Below, piece by piece: positions 26,641-39,468 of a stretch of DNA of 64,000 nucleotides. Source of the stretch: Octopus sinensis (Eukaryota); NCBI RefSeq assembly GCF_006345805.1, contig NC_043019.1, forward strand, positions 1,054,001 through 1,118,000, given 5' to 3'. Numbering within the stretch: the stretch's first letter is position 1; each line of letters starts with the position of its first letter. Made by a program: the position numbers and the translations under genes. The notes below the pieces were generated by a model. It was not told the DNA's origin. It saw nothing but the letters and a program-made list of their open reading frames with translations, and did not search any database.

Positions 26641-27169
26641 AGTGCGTATTTATATATATATATGTTTATTTGTTTATACGGCAGATGTCTGTCACTTTGC
26701 TTCGCCAAAAGCCACGCACACACCTTTGGCTGACCCCAGATTCTACGCTGTTGGTGCGAAACGGAACCACGTATTTGTGAAATATGCTTTGTATCACACA
26801 TGCACAGCGTGAGAAAGAGAAGGAGAGAAAAAGAAAGAAAGCGAGAGAGAGAGAGAGAGGGCAGACAGAGAAGGACAAAGAGAGGGCGGGGAGAGCGGAG
26901 AGAGAGATGAAGCGAAAGGGTTTTACTAGAATAAAACGACGCTAATACATATTTTAAAAGTTTGATACTTATTTCATCTATCTCTTTTCTGAGAATGCTT
27001 CCTTATCGGAACGTAAACAAATCAAAACAGATTGTGAAGGTGGGCACACGCGCACGTGTGTGTGTGTGTGGACACTAATATAAAGACATGCATAAAAAGA
27101 AACACAAATATATGCTCTTTTACTCTCTTTTACTTGTTTCAGTCATTTGACTGCGGCCATGCTGGAGCA

Positions 27170-27544
27170 CCGCCTTTAGTCGAGCAAATTGACCCCGGGA
27201 CTTATTCTTTGTAAGCCCAGTACTTATTCTATCAGTCTCTTTTTTGCCGAACCGCTAAGTGACGGGGACGTAAACACACCAGCATCGGTTGTCAAGCAAT
27301 GCTAGGGGGACAAGCACAGACACACAAACATATACACACACATACATATATATTTATATACATATTTACGACAGGCTTCTTTTAGTTTCCGTCTACCAAA
27401 TCCCCTCACAAGGCTTTGGTCGGCCCGGGGCTATAGCAGAAGACACTTGCCCAAGATGCCACGCAGTGGGACTGAACCCGGAACCATGTGGTTGTTTAGC
27501 AAGCTACTTACCACACAGCCACTCCTGATACGTACATACGTACA

Positions 27545-27575
<31 letters not shown>

Positions 27576-29290
27576 GTACACTCACACACACACGCACGCA
27601 CGCACACTGTTTCTACACAGTTTCCGACTACCAGATTCACTCACAATGTACTTGTAGGCCCAGGGCTGTAGTAGATGACGCTGGCCGTAGACACAGCGCA
27701 GTGGGACTATGTCCCAAAGCACTCTCTTCGGCATCACGTATTTCATCAGGAGACAATCTGACAGGTGGAGGTTCACCAATCTGAATCTATAGTTGAGCTT
27801 AGTAAATGGTTGTATGGTGAAGAACCTTGCTCCGCTGACACGATCTTTCGGTTTCAATACCTGTGCATGGAGTATTGGGCACGTGTATTGCTATATCCTT
27901 TAGACGGCGAGCTCGCACAACCGTTGGAACGCCGGCCGAAATACTTAGCGGTATTTCGTCTTTCGTTACGTTCTGAGTTCAAATTCCGCCGAGGTCGACT
28001 TTGCCTTTCATCCTCTCGGTGTCGATAAGTAAAGTAACAGTTTCTCACTGGGTCGATATAATCGGCTTTTTCCTTTTGTCTTTCCTTGTTTGTCCCATCT
28101 GTGTTTAGCCCCTTGTGGGTAGTAAAGAAATGTATATACTTTAGGGCTCTTTTATTCTTTTACTTGTTTCAGTCACCACCTTTAGTCGAGCAAATCGACC
28201 CCGGGACTTATTCTTTGTAACCTAGTACTTATTCTATCAGTCTATTTTGCCGAAACGCTAAGTTACGGGGACGTAAACACACAGCATCGGTTGTCAAGCA
28301 ATGCTAGGGGGACAAACACAGACACACAAACACACACATACATATATATATATTATACATATATACGACAGGCTTCTTTCAGTTTCTGTCTCCAAATCCA
28401 CTCACAAGGCATTGGTCGGCCCGGGGCTATAGCAGAAGACACTTGCCCAAGATGCCACGCAGTGGGACTGAACCCGGAACCATGTGGTTGTTTAGCAAGC
28501 TACTTACCACACAGCCACTCCTGATACATACATACATATATACACTCACACACACATACACATACACGCACGCACGCACACTGTTTCTACACAGTTTCCG
28601 ACTACCAAATTCACTCACAATGTACTTGTAGGCCCAGGGCTGTAGTAGATGACGCTGCCCGTAGACACAGCGCAGTGGAACTATGTCCCAAAGCACTCTG
28701 TTCGGCATCGCGTATTTCATCAGGAGACAATCTGACAGGTGGAGGTTCACCAATCTGAATCTATAGTTGAGCTTAGTAAATGGTTGTATGGTGAAGAACC
28801 TTGCTCCGCTGACACGATCTTTCGGGTTCAATACCTGTGCATGGAGTATTGGGCACGTGTATTGCTATATCCTTTAGACGGCAAGCTCGCACAACCGTTG
28901 GAACGCCGACCGAAATACTTAGCGGTATTTTGTCTTTCGTTACGTTCTGAGTTCAAATTCCGCCGTGGTCGACTTTGCCTTTCATCCTCTCGGGGTCGAT
29001 AAATAAAGTACCAGTTTCTCACTGGGTCGATATAATCGGCTTAATCCTTTTGTCTGTCCTTGTTTGTCCCCTCTGTGTTTAGCCCCTTGTGGGTAGTAAA
29101 GAAATGTATATACTTTAGGGCTCTTTTATTATTTTACTTGTTTCAGTCACCGCCTTTAGTCGAGCAAATCGACCCCAGGACTTATTCTTTGTAATCTAGT
29201 ACTTATTCTATCAGTCTCTTTTGCTGAACCCCTAGGTTAAGGGGATGTAAACAGCAGCATCGGTTGTCAAGCGATGGTGTGGGGACAAAC
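27170..29290. repeat. Tandem segmental duplication, about 975-bp unit, about 2.2 copies
   Basis: Paired ORFs at 27854/28828 and 27765/28739 are offset by 974; unit is a B SINE, a unique segment and an A SINE. Confidence 0.9.
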
Positions 29291-29299
29291 ACAGACACA

Positions 29300-29306
29300 C
29301 ACATAC

Positions 29307-29337
<31 letters not shown>

Positions 29338-29378
29338 CCTACCTATCTATCTATCTATCTATCTATCTACCTACCTAC

Positions 29379-29410
<32 letters not shown>

Positions 29411-29431
29411 ATCTATCTATCTATCTATCTA

Positions 29432-29470
<39 letters not shown>
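29300..29470. repeat. (CTAT)n/(TA)n microsatellite inside a family-B SINE (29125-29582, minus)
   Basis: Direct reading. Confidence 0.9.
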
Positions 29471-29472
<2 letters not shown>

Positions 29473-30117
29473 GTTTATATATATATACATATATGACGGG
29501 CTTCTTTCAGGTTTCGCATGAGTCACAAGGCTTTGGTCGGCCCGAGGTTATAGTAGAAGACACTTGCCCAAAGTGCCACGCAGTTGCAGGTGAATTTAGT
29601 ACATGGAAACTGTATGGAAGCCCATTGTGTGTGCAGATATATATGTGTGTATGTACATGTGTCTTGCGTCTGGTATATGTCCGTGTGTGGACGAGAGTAT
29701 GTGCGTCGATGTATTGATTAATGAGTATATATAAATATATACAGCCTGCCTTACTTCTCTTTGTCACTTAAACACTCAGGAATTCGAAGAGGTACCATCG
29801 TGGCATTCAGCATTACGTGGATGTATTTAGATGCGGAGATTCCTATCCCTCTCCCGTTTCGACTACAGCCTATTTGGTGTTCAAAAGATCCTGGCTTTAA
29901 GTACCTCACGAAAGGCCTGGTTGGAGGTCCAATGATCCGAGTTCTATTACAAGGCAATCGGTGTGTGAATCTGAGAGAGGAATATGTTGAATATCATCTT
30001 ATTTAATTGATCCCCCTGTATTGTTTTTCACCCAGAGCTAGGGACTTATCGGCACCTAACATTTTGTCTGGGTTTTTTTTCTTTTTGATGTCTTGTACTC
30101 ATATATACGTGTACATA

Positions 30118-30285
30118 GGGAGAATTCACAAAAAGTAAAAGACGAAGACAGGTGGTGTAGACAACAAAAAGATGTATTAGTATAACGCTCGGGAATTGAA
30201 CATGTCTTTAACGTTTAGAGCCTACGCTCTTCCACAGAAAGGAACAGAGAAAGAAACAAGGAGAGAAAACAATGAAAGTCTAGTG
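30118..30285 (-). mobile_element. Family H element (HHR-like motif at 30206-30241, G12 mutated)
   Basis: CTTT-CTGTGGA-A-GAGC-GTAG-GCTC-TAAA-CG-TT-AAAG. Confidence 0.65.
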
Positions 30286-30516
30286 GCTAGCGATCTATCG
30301 TGGCGATATACATGTATATATAAATATATATGTAGGTATATACATATGTGTACGTAAATATGCATATATTTATATATTATGTATCATATATATATATATA
30401 TATTATATATATATATATATATAAGTAAGGAAAAATTTTTTAAAAAAATGCAGAATGCTCAAATGAAAGAAAATTTTAATAAAATGAGAAAATGATAAAA
30501 TATATAAATGTATATT

Positions 30517-30557
30517 TATTCAACCGGTTTTCGTCATTCTTTGACTTGTCAAGAATA
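30517..30557 (-). ncRNA. Minimal hammerhead motif with U3-A8 covariation in the PLE 3' region
   Basis: TATTC-TTGACAA-GTCA(aagaa)TGAC-GAAAA-CCGG-TT-GAATA; one extra A versus the canonical GAAA. Confidence 0.55.
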
Positions 30558-31189
30558 TTTATGTTTTAAGAAGTTTTTTTAAAATTAGAAAGGGGAAAAA
30601 AAGAAAATTGCATTGTTTTTTGTAAAAGAATAATGATAAAAATGTACAAAAATTAAAAAATAGGTTCTCCGATACATTGTGAGTTCGTTGTGTATCTTGC
30701 GTTTTATGGTTGTTTACGAAAAAATTACCTTGAGGTGTTAAGATCCAAAGGGATTAAGAGCATGTGTTGTGTTGTGTTGTTAAATTCAGCATGTTTGCAG
30801 GACAGGAAGTAGTAGTAATTGTGGTCCTGGTTCTTCAGTTCCTGTGTTGTGAGTAAGGGGAGACAACTCTTTTGAGTTCTTCAATAAAACCCAAATTATA
30901 AAACTATCATTTTAGCTTCATTTGCATTATCTTTTTTATATAATTGCTTGTTAACTTAACTTTCAGATTTTAACACTTTATTTACATTATTTTCTAATAA
31001 TATAAATCTGCATAGACAATTGCATTTCAAATTGTCATATCATTTATAATAAAAATGATAGTAATAACAACAATAGTAAAAATGATATTTAAAGAATATA
31101 AGTTTTAGCTTGAAGTGATGAATGCATGGTATCTTTATATATTTGTGTTAGTCCATCCATGAAAAGTGAGGTAGAGAAAGGAAGTTTGA

Positions 31190-32190
31190 TCAACGAGGAG
31201 TTTGCATATTAAGATGTGTTTGGAATTTTTCAATAAAGAGATTCTCCTTGTTAATTCTCTCCTGTGTGGTGATCCCGTCTTTACATTGGTAGAAGGGGAA
31301 TATATAGAATTTGGGGTTTAAGTCTTTAGCACATGAGTCTAAGTGGTCACTCAGTGGAATTTGTCGGTATTCCGGGAGATTTATTTGTTCTTTATGCACC
31401 GTTACTCGTTTACGTAACGGGAGACTCGTTTGTCCAACATAATTATGTTGGCAACCAGCGCATGTGAGAACGTAGATAAGGTTCTCGGAGGAACAGGAGA
31501 AGTTAGTCTTGATTTTAAACTTCGTACCTGTTTGAAGGTAAATTCAGAGCCTTCAAGTAGAAAGGGGCAGGTACCACAGTTTGAGCGTGCACATTTTTTT
31601 ACTGTTGGGGGTGGATGTGGTGTGTGAAGTTTGGCATTTGTCAAGAGTTTTTTTAAAGATTTGTGTTGCCTTTTGCATTTGAGGATTTTGTGTGTATTTA
31701 TAATGTTTTTCATTTTTGGGTCTGTTGACAGTAGACTGAGGTTTTGTATGATTGTGGTGTATGCTTCGATATTTTTGGGGTTCTGGGTGGAAATGTATGG
31801 AAGTATTTTGAGGTTGTGTGTGGTGTTAGGTTGGGTGGTTTTCAGTGTAGTGTTGTCTAGTTCTTTGGCGCGTTTTATTCCATACTCTATAAGGGTGGAG
31901 GGATATTGACGTTGTAATAGTGTTTTTTTGAGGTCTTGCAGGCGTATTTCTCGTGTTTTTGGATCCGAGACAATGGTGCATACCCTTTTAGCTAAATTGA
32001 AAGGGATATTTGTCTTGGTGTGTTTTGGGTGGCATGAACTAAAGAGGAGGTATTGTTGTGAGTCTGTAGGTTTGTGGTAGATGTCTGTTATGATTTGGTT
32101 CTTAGGTGTTTTTATAATTAGGAGATCAAGGAATGGGAGATGATGTTTGCTTAATTCCATAGTGAATTGGATGTTGGGATGTATGTTGTA
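31190..32190 (-). pseudogene. PLE polyprotein fragment: RT domain 7/thumb, linker and GIY-YIG endonuclease; one frameshift near 31530
   Basis: NIHPNIQFTME..LPFLDLLI..DIYHKPTDSQQYLLFSSCHP..NIPFNLAKR; C..C linker; after the shift SENLIYVLTCAGCQHNYVGQTSLPLRKRVTVH...ERINKENLFI. Confidence 0.9.
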
Positions 32191-32217
32191 TAATATATAT
32201 ATATATATATTATGTAT

Positions 32218-32275
<58 letters not shown>

Positions 32276-32339
32276 TATATTATATATATATATATATACA
32301 TATAAATGTGTTATAAATTTTCTTCCAAGTCATATAGAC

Positions 32340-32515
32340 AAATAAGTACCGATTTCCCGATTTCCGTGGCTTGGACATCGGCTCGTTACAGGATTAATCC
32401 ATATTAAAAGCTGATTGGACTGCAGAAACATGAAATAAAGTGTCTTGCTCCCGAGCACAATGCATCCTTGGCAGGAATCGAAACCACAATCTGATGATAA
32501 TTTGTCCAGCACCTT
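32340..32515 (-). mobile_element. Old CORE-SINE (family D-like)
   Basis: GAAATAAAGTGTCTTGCTC is the reverse complement of the CORE-like domain. Confidence 0.65.
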
Positions 32516-33240
32516 TACAATTATGCCACGCGTCACCACATATACACATATCTATATGTGAGACAATGTGTGTCTCTGTGTGTGTGTATACGTGTATATA
32601 TGTGTGTGTATGTGTGTTTGTGTGTTTGTGTATGTTAGTTTGTGTATATGCGTCTGTATGTGTGTATTTATGTGTGTGTGTTTGTGTGTGTGTGTGTATG
32701 TGTATGCGCCCGCACTCACCTGTGGAGCATGAGTAAAATTGAAGAAACGTTTCGATGAATTTTGCGGACATAATTAATCTCATCTTCGATTAAAATGAAA
32801 TATCTCTGATCGTACCGTGTTTAATTATCAATTTATAGGTTAAGTCATTGTGAAAATTCCCACTGCTTAAACTCAACATGTTTAGCGAGACACAATTTTA
32901 TGTATGCATGTACCGGACATGACCCACACTGCAAAATTTATACAACACAACAGAGTGCACAACATCCAACTCATAAAGGACAGTCACATTTTGGGTCGAA
33001 ACGACCGTCGTACGGAACAAGGAATAGTACCAAATCCATGTGTTTACTTAATTGATTATTATCTAAATTAACACGATGGAATTCTTGAAGTAAATCCAAC
33101 AGAAATGTACTCTAACTGCAGATGGCACCAGATAACCCAAACTCTGCTAGTTCTTTACTCAACACGTCAACACTCTAATTGACATATATCCGTTAGTCCA
33201 AAAATGACATACATATGTGTGTATATATATATATATATAT

Positions 33241-33630
33241 TATATTAAATTAGAGACAAAACCACTATTAGGCAAATCATACAATGAAAAACTTAAGCCA
33301 ATACATAAGATTATTTAATTTATATTATTTAAATATATAACAAAATTATTAAAAATATATAATTAATATAACACTACGATCGTTTCATGGCTGTTAATTT
33401 CTTTAAATTTTCGAGTTACAGTCATTCATCAGGTGGTTTAAATATTTAACTTGGCGAGGTTTAACTCGAAAATTTAAAGAAATTAACAGCCATGAAACGA
33501 TCGTAGTGTTATATTAATTATATTTTTTAAATAATTTTGTTATATATTTAAATAATATAAATTAAATAATCTTATGTATTGGCTTAAGTTTTTCATTGTA
33601 TGATTTGCCTAATAGTGGTTTTATCTCTAA

Positions 33631-33638
<8 letters not shown>
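33241..33638. mobile_element. Palindromic TA-flanked element (about 178-bp arms, 43-bp spacer)
   Basis: 33241-33418 versus 33462-33638 is a near-perfect reverse complement; a terminal piece also occurs at 22140-22215. Confidence 0.9.
33372..33435 (-). ncRNA. Type I hammerhead motif
   Basis: CAC-CTGATGA-ATGACTG..CAGCCAT-GAAA-CGATCG-TA-GTG; helix III is the palindrome ACGATCGT; GUA triplet. Confidence 0.75.
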
Positions 33639-33677
<39 letters not shown>

Positions 33678-34104
33678 TCAGTAAATGGTAGGGTTGTGTT
33701 AACTGCACGTGGAGAAATTATAGTAGAGGGAAGAATATTATAAAAATGGGCGTATGAAAAATTAAGAAAGAAAAAATAATAAATCAAACCGGCTTTTATT
33801 GCAAAGCAAATTTTCAAGATTTGGAAGGGGAAAAAGAAATTTACAATGTTTTTCAAAAAAGATAACAATACATATATACAAAAATTAGTAAATATGTATA
33901 CCAATACATTGTAGAGTCTTTATGCTTTTAGAGTTCAATAATAGTCCTCGGGAAAACTTCTTTGGAGGATTAGGATGCTTGTGTTTTAAATGTAGTGTAT
34001 ATTTTGAAAGAGTTGGGTGATTGTGTGTCCAATTTTTATTAAAATTTACTTTCAATTTAGCATTCTGCCTTAGTATAATATTTCCTCTCCTATAGATACA
34101 TATA

Positions 34105-34525
34105 GGCGCAGGAGTGGCTGTGTGGTAAGTAGCTTGTTTACCAGCCACATGGTTCCGGGTTCAGTCCCACTGCGTGGCACCTTGTGCAAGTGTCTTCTAC
34201 TATAGTCTCGGGCCGACCAAAGCCTTGTGAGTGGATTTGGTAGACGGAAACTGAAAGAAGCCCGTCGTATATATGTATATATATATATATATATGCGCGT
34301 GTGTGTTTGTGTCAGTGTGTTTGTCTCCCTAGCATTGCTTGATAACCGATGCTGGTGTGTTTATGTCCCCGTCACTTGGCGGTTCGGCAAAAGAGACCGA
34401 TAGAATAAGTACTGGGCTTACAAAGAATAAGTTCCGGGGTCGAGTTGCTCGATTAAAGGCGGTGCTCCAGCATGGCCGCAGTCAAATGACTGAAACAAGT
34501 AAAAGAGTAAAAGAGTAAAAGAGTA
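34105..34525 (+). mobile_element. SINE family B, full-length reference copy
   Basis: tRNA-like head, CORE-like start, internal TA/TG microsatellite, RTE-like tail ending in (AAAAGAGT)n. Confidence 0.9.
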
Positions 34526-34561
34526 TATATATATATATTCAGAATGAGATAAAAATCCAAG

Positions 34562-34884
34562 GCTGTGAAAGACTTTAGAACATTTAAAAATAGAAAATCT
34601 TACAGTTGTTTCCAGGATATTCTGTATATCTCTTCATCGGAGGCGGTGTGAGAAAATGGTTAAGCAATAGCTTTCTTAGATAAGCTTTGAAATAGAGAGT
34701 GAATTGGACGAATGAAAACAGATGTCTATTTTCATTCCTCCACTTCACTCCCTATGTTATATCTTATCTAAAATAACTATTGCTTAACCACTTTCTCACA
34801 CCGTTTCCGATGAAGGGATATATAAAATATCCCGTAAACAACTGTAAGACCTTCTATTTATAAATGTTCGAAGATCTTTCACAG
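34562..34884. mobile_element. Diverged full palindrome with a CCGATGA-core HHR-like motif in each arm
   Basis: Centre near 34722; motifs at 34597-34645 (minus) and 34803-34850 (plus). Confidence 0.75.
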
Positions 34885-34899
34885 CAGAAAAAAGGAACA

Positions 34900-35790
34900 T
34901 TGGACTGAGTGCCTTAATGTCTCAGGGCTCACAACTCATGACGAGTGCAGGGCAGTTTCATTTACCGAATTCCTAATTGTTCCTGGTACCACCCTAGGAT
35001 CGACAATCTCTTTGAATGTAGTTGTGTGATTTGCTGTTTTGCATGTTTTGTGCAGGAATATATTTCGTTGTAGTTCTCTGTCGCATATGTAACAGCTGGA
35101 TCGTCTACCTTGGGTGCTAAACTTTAAGGTCTTCCTCTCAATAACCTCTAGAAGATAAACTTTAGATTTTTTTCTTGTAGACTTTTAGATCAAGTGGACA
35201 TCTAAGTCCATGATATTCTCAGTCAAAAATATATTGCCAATCGTTACATCTGCGCGTAACGCTTATTCATATTATGCAACGAGACTGTCGAAGTTGACAT
35301 AGATATATATGAAGGTATCATTTAATTCTTCTTCCGAAATGCTTTTCAACCATCTCTTACGTGCAAGAAATGCATTGCCTATTGTTTGAACTTGGACTTT
35401 CGCCCTATTTTCTGTTCTGAAAATGACACGCAGATGTATATTCTTTCTATTTGAAGGATATTTAACTGAAAATATCTTCCAGAACTGTCAACAATTCATG
35501 AATTATTAGGATGAGAAACCCCTCTGTGCCTTTTGCAAAGCATAGGTACGTTACTTACCTCTTCTTGCAGAACTCTATAATTTTATGGTGGAAGACTGTC
35601 CACAGTTTTATGGGTAAAGTGGTGAGAGCCTTCGATATCTTTGAGAATTGTTGCATATCGAGAGTCTTCCTGTTCGGCGAAGAATGGCAAACTATATTGT
35701 TTATACCCGCGATAATATGTGTGCGCATATCGTTGGTGTTAATGATAAGATTTCTGCTCAGTTGAATAATGAGATCTGTATGGCTTTTAT
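34900..35790 (-). pseudogene. Possible decayed LINE ORF1 (gag-like) fragment
   Basis: Broken frames GYKQYSLPFFAEQEDSRY...NAFLARKRWLKSISEEELNDTF...QGRRSSCYICDRE (CCHC-like start). Confidence 0.3.
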
Positions 35791-36303
35791 TTCGTGCGTG
35801 TTATATATATAGCTTACATTTCAATTAAATCGCGTTTCTGTTTTTGGCTCTGTTCCGCTTCTGAATACAGGAGTTTCAAATGCACATGTGATAGACATGC
35901 AGACATATATGTGTATGTATGTATATATATATATACATTTATACATACATACATATATATATAGGTAGGTAGATATATATATATATATATACATATGTGT
36001 CTGTCTGTATGTCTGTCAGTGTGCGTGAGTGTATGTGTGTGATGATATTTATTAAAACAGTTTGTGAAAACACACATTCATTGTAACTGGATATGACTTA
36101 AGCAGAAAAATATGACACAGAGATTGTTTAGGATTAGGGCTAGAAAGATTTAAGGCTTGCCTACCTTAATACAATACAATAGCTGGGTAGATGTAGAGTA
36201 TCACAAGCTTCTACAGATACACTATTGAGGGCAATAATGTCTAGCGCTCACTTTGCATTTCATTATATTGTTCGTGAAAATAAGAACAACAACTTACATT
36301 TTC

Positions 36304-36600
36304 AGTGGAGGCGCAATGATCCAATGGTTAGGGCAGCGGACTTGCGGTTTCGATTCCCAGACCAGCTGTTGTGAGTGTTTATTGAGCGAAAACACCTAAA
36401 AGCTCCACGAAACTCCGGCTGGGGTGTGGCGACCCCTGTTGTACTCTATCGCCACAACTTTCTCTCATTCTCTCTTCTTGCTTCTTGAGTAACGCTGTGA
36501 TGGACTGGCGTCCCGTCCAGCTGGGGGGGGGATACACACGCCACAGAAACCGGGAAGCCGGGCCCGTAAGCCTGGCTAGGCTTGAAAAGGGCGACGTTTA
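36304..36600 (+). mobile_element. Chimeric SINE: family E head with family C-like tail
   Basis: GGAGGCGCAATG head...GACTGGCGTCCCGTCCAG...GAAACCGGGAAGCCGGGCCC. Confidence 0.75.
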
Positions 36601-37119
36601 CGTTTACATCTTTACAAAATGATTGAGTCCGTCGTAATACTTTTTCCCTTATTTCTACCGATATTCTGTCCTTCGACTCTCTCCAAAGTTCCAAGTGCAT
36701 TTGTGTGTCAATAATCAATACAATTGCGTTATCTGTTGCACCAAAAACCTCTGAATTTGTCTTTTACAACTTATTTCGATTTTCGAAGGTCCGTTAGCAT
36801 CAATTCCTTGTTTATCTTGATTATCTATCGTCGGTGTTCATTTTTTTTCTGAAAGAGGAATGCTGTCACTGCCGTTTCTTGGAGGTCGTTACCCGTTACA
36901 AGATTTTGTCAATTGTTTGAGTGCCCCCCTGCTTTTAGGATTTTTTTCTCTTGCTCCTTTTGCTTTCCTCCGACATTTTGGAGACTTACGCCAGCAACTA
37001 TCATATCTTCCTTGTCACAAAATTAGCGTTCTTTTTTTTGGCTGCCGGAAGAAGCTAGCGCCCAACATAGTCCCCTTTGAGGTTTTCGCACTTCTTAGAT
37101 CGGTATTGTAGTGATTGGA

Positions 37120-38256
37120 ACCTACTGGTATATAAGCCTTCATCATGTTAGTAAAAAAATAGTCATCATCAGTAAATATGACGTCATCATCACTACGATA
37201 GGGGTTCCCAGCCAAGTGGTGTGTCATGTTGGGGAACAGAGGATAGTAAGATGGGTCAAACTAGGAGAACGAGGGTGGGTGGGACGATCAATTAGTTGAA
37301 AGTCAATCACACACAACAGTCATTGAAAGCAAGGATTTGTGTGATGAAGCATTGTCCTGGGGAAACAAGACACCTTTCTTTAGTTTTCCTGGATGTTTGA
37401 CCTTAATAGCCTCTCGTAACTGTTTCAGCAACTGGATATAGTACTCTCCATTGATGGTGTGGCCCTTTTGAAGATAATCGATAAACACAATGCCTTTCGC
37501 ATCCTAAAAGACTGAGGTCGTCACCTTCTCTGCTGGTGAAACGACATTGTTTTTCTCCGGAACAGGTTAGGGTGGATTTCCAAGGCGTGGTTTGTTCCTT
37601 TCTCTCTGGCTCAAATCGATGAACCCAACACTCATTCTGATTTAATAAGTGTTCAAGGAAACCAGTTGCATCACCCTCAAACAATGTCAGATTTTCCTTT
37701 GATATGATCAGCTTGATACGCTTTTGATCAGGTGTCAGAAAATGTGGCACTCTCTGATCAGAAATCGTCGTATCAATTCATTGTGCAAAAGATTATCATG
37801 AGATATGCTAATACGAGCATTAGCTGTTTCATTTATAATCAGTACCAGTCATTCATCCTATTGTGGTGAACACGATCAATGCCTTCCTCTGTGGTGCCAG
37901 TTTCAAGCTATTCAGACCTTCGGTCAATTTCAGGACTCTTCCACACCCTAAATTCAGCTGCCCAGTTTTGCACTGTTGATAAAGCTTGAGCGTCACCCCC
38001 TAATGTGGCAACCATGAAGCATGAATATTCTTGGACCTAAACCCATTTTGTGTAGGTACACTTTAACACCATGATGCCATTTTCAAGTGAAGTCGCTGCT
38101 ACTTACTTGCGAAATCTTGGGACAGAAGTCAGTTTGTCTTGAAAGAAATAATGCAGTTATTAATAAGAAGGATCGAAATTAATACATACAAGATTTCACA
38201 GCTCCAGGATCATTCCTTCATAGTTGGCCTATGAACTTTTTCAGACCACTCTTATA
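37120..38256 (-). mobile_element. Decayed mariner (Tc1/mariner, DD34D type) transposon
   Basis: VFIDYLQKGHTINGEYY..LREAIKVKHPGKLKKGVLFPQDNASSHKS; PHFLTPDQK; WVHRFEPE; HLAGNPYRSDDDV; TIR-like TATAAGAGTGGTCTGAAAAAGTTCATAGG at 38228-38256; many stops and shifts. Confidence 0.9.
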
Positions 38257-39363
38257 ACTACGATGTCTCTGCTATGCACCCTAGAATTTATACTGCATGT
38301 ATGAGAGATCTCAGTTTCCCTCAGCATTAGTATAGCTTTGTGCTTTTCGGGTGGCATTCAGACTTGAAAATCCATCCTTCTCATCCCTGAACTCACACTG
38401 CCTCTTCTACTCTTTCAGTAAACACATGTATAACCTCTGATACAAAGAAGATGGCCAGTCTCACGTCCATACAGTTTCAAATATGACTGATCGTCAGACC
38501 CAAATATTAGATCACAGTATATCAAAACATACCAATCAGTGTTTTTTTTGCATTTAGCAGCTTCTCCGCTCATCAAAACAGTTAAGTTCTGTAAGCATAA
38601 TCTGCTTCAATCAAAAGATTATATCTGGATGTTTGATAGAGCACTTCTTCCAGTTGCTCTTTGAATGGCAGATATAATTTATTGCCATTCTTGTTAAAGC
38701 ATTGCCTATCTTAATCATTTTGGGGGAAATTTGTGAAATCCAAACAAATGCGCCTGTGTAATGTCAGAGTCGAAACTAGTGGTCGAATTACAAAGCCACA
38801 AAATTGCAATGGGCTTCTTTCTCTATCATTTGACTACGCAAAATGCTAACGATGCTGTTGTCGTTGATGTCGTTGTTGTTGCCACTGTTGCTAATGCCAT
38901 TACAGCTATCGTCCAAATTGTTTCTCAAAATGTTCAATGTAAGTTTTTATTTTCTTCAATTGTCACTCACATGTTCATTTTTTTTTGTTCAATTCTTTTC
39001 TTTTGTGTTCATTCCGAGGTTCGGTTTAGTATTCTGGGGTGGGGTCGGTTGTGCTTGTATATTAGTCTGTGTTAGTATTATTAGTATTGTCACTGTTATT
39101 GTCAAGCAGTCGCTGAAATTCTTTTTAGAAGTTTAGAAACTTTGCGTCTTGTTTTTATCTCTAGTGAGTAGCTTTTGTTAATTTTATTGATTTATCGTGT
39201 TAAGCTTACCAGGACTGTGATGAGCGACATCGCTAGAAGCAGCTTATATAGTAACGAAAGCAACAACAGAAGCAGCAACGATAACAACAAGAGCAACAAC
39301 ATCAACTGTAACAAGAATTGCCGCAACGATGTCAGGAAAACCGCTGACGTCAGCAACAAAATC

Positions 39364-39411
<48 letters not shown>

Positions 39412-39468
39412 ACTGACACAGCAATTACTCTTGTAGCAGCAGACTCCAGCCGCATCAGTGGAGCCACT

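Larger units (their letters stand above)
30430..32190 (-). mobile_element. 5'-truncated Penelope-like retroelement in a (TA)n tract
   Basis: RT C-terminus and GIY-YIG ORF, AT-rich 3' region with an HHR, (TA)n at 30390-30422 and 32191-32300. Confidence 0.85.

Noticed and set aside
29761-30006. 81-aa plus-strand ORF (MSLKHSGIRRG..)
   Set aside because: Starts at a non-ATG codon, has no recognisable domain or splice support, and has an overlapping antisense ORF of similar length
37015-37227. piggyBac-like TDDDYFFT motif
   Set aside because: Better explained as the mariner transposase C-terminus (HLAGNPYRSDDDV) continuous with 37303-38070
38300-38740. RTE RT C-terminal remnant (LYGRET-like) on minus; likewise KTIDGVVGEFQNGFSR at about 60900-61260
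   Set aside because: Only isolated motif-like peptides survive, too degenerate to call without a profile search
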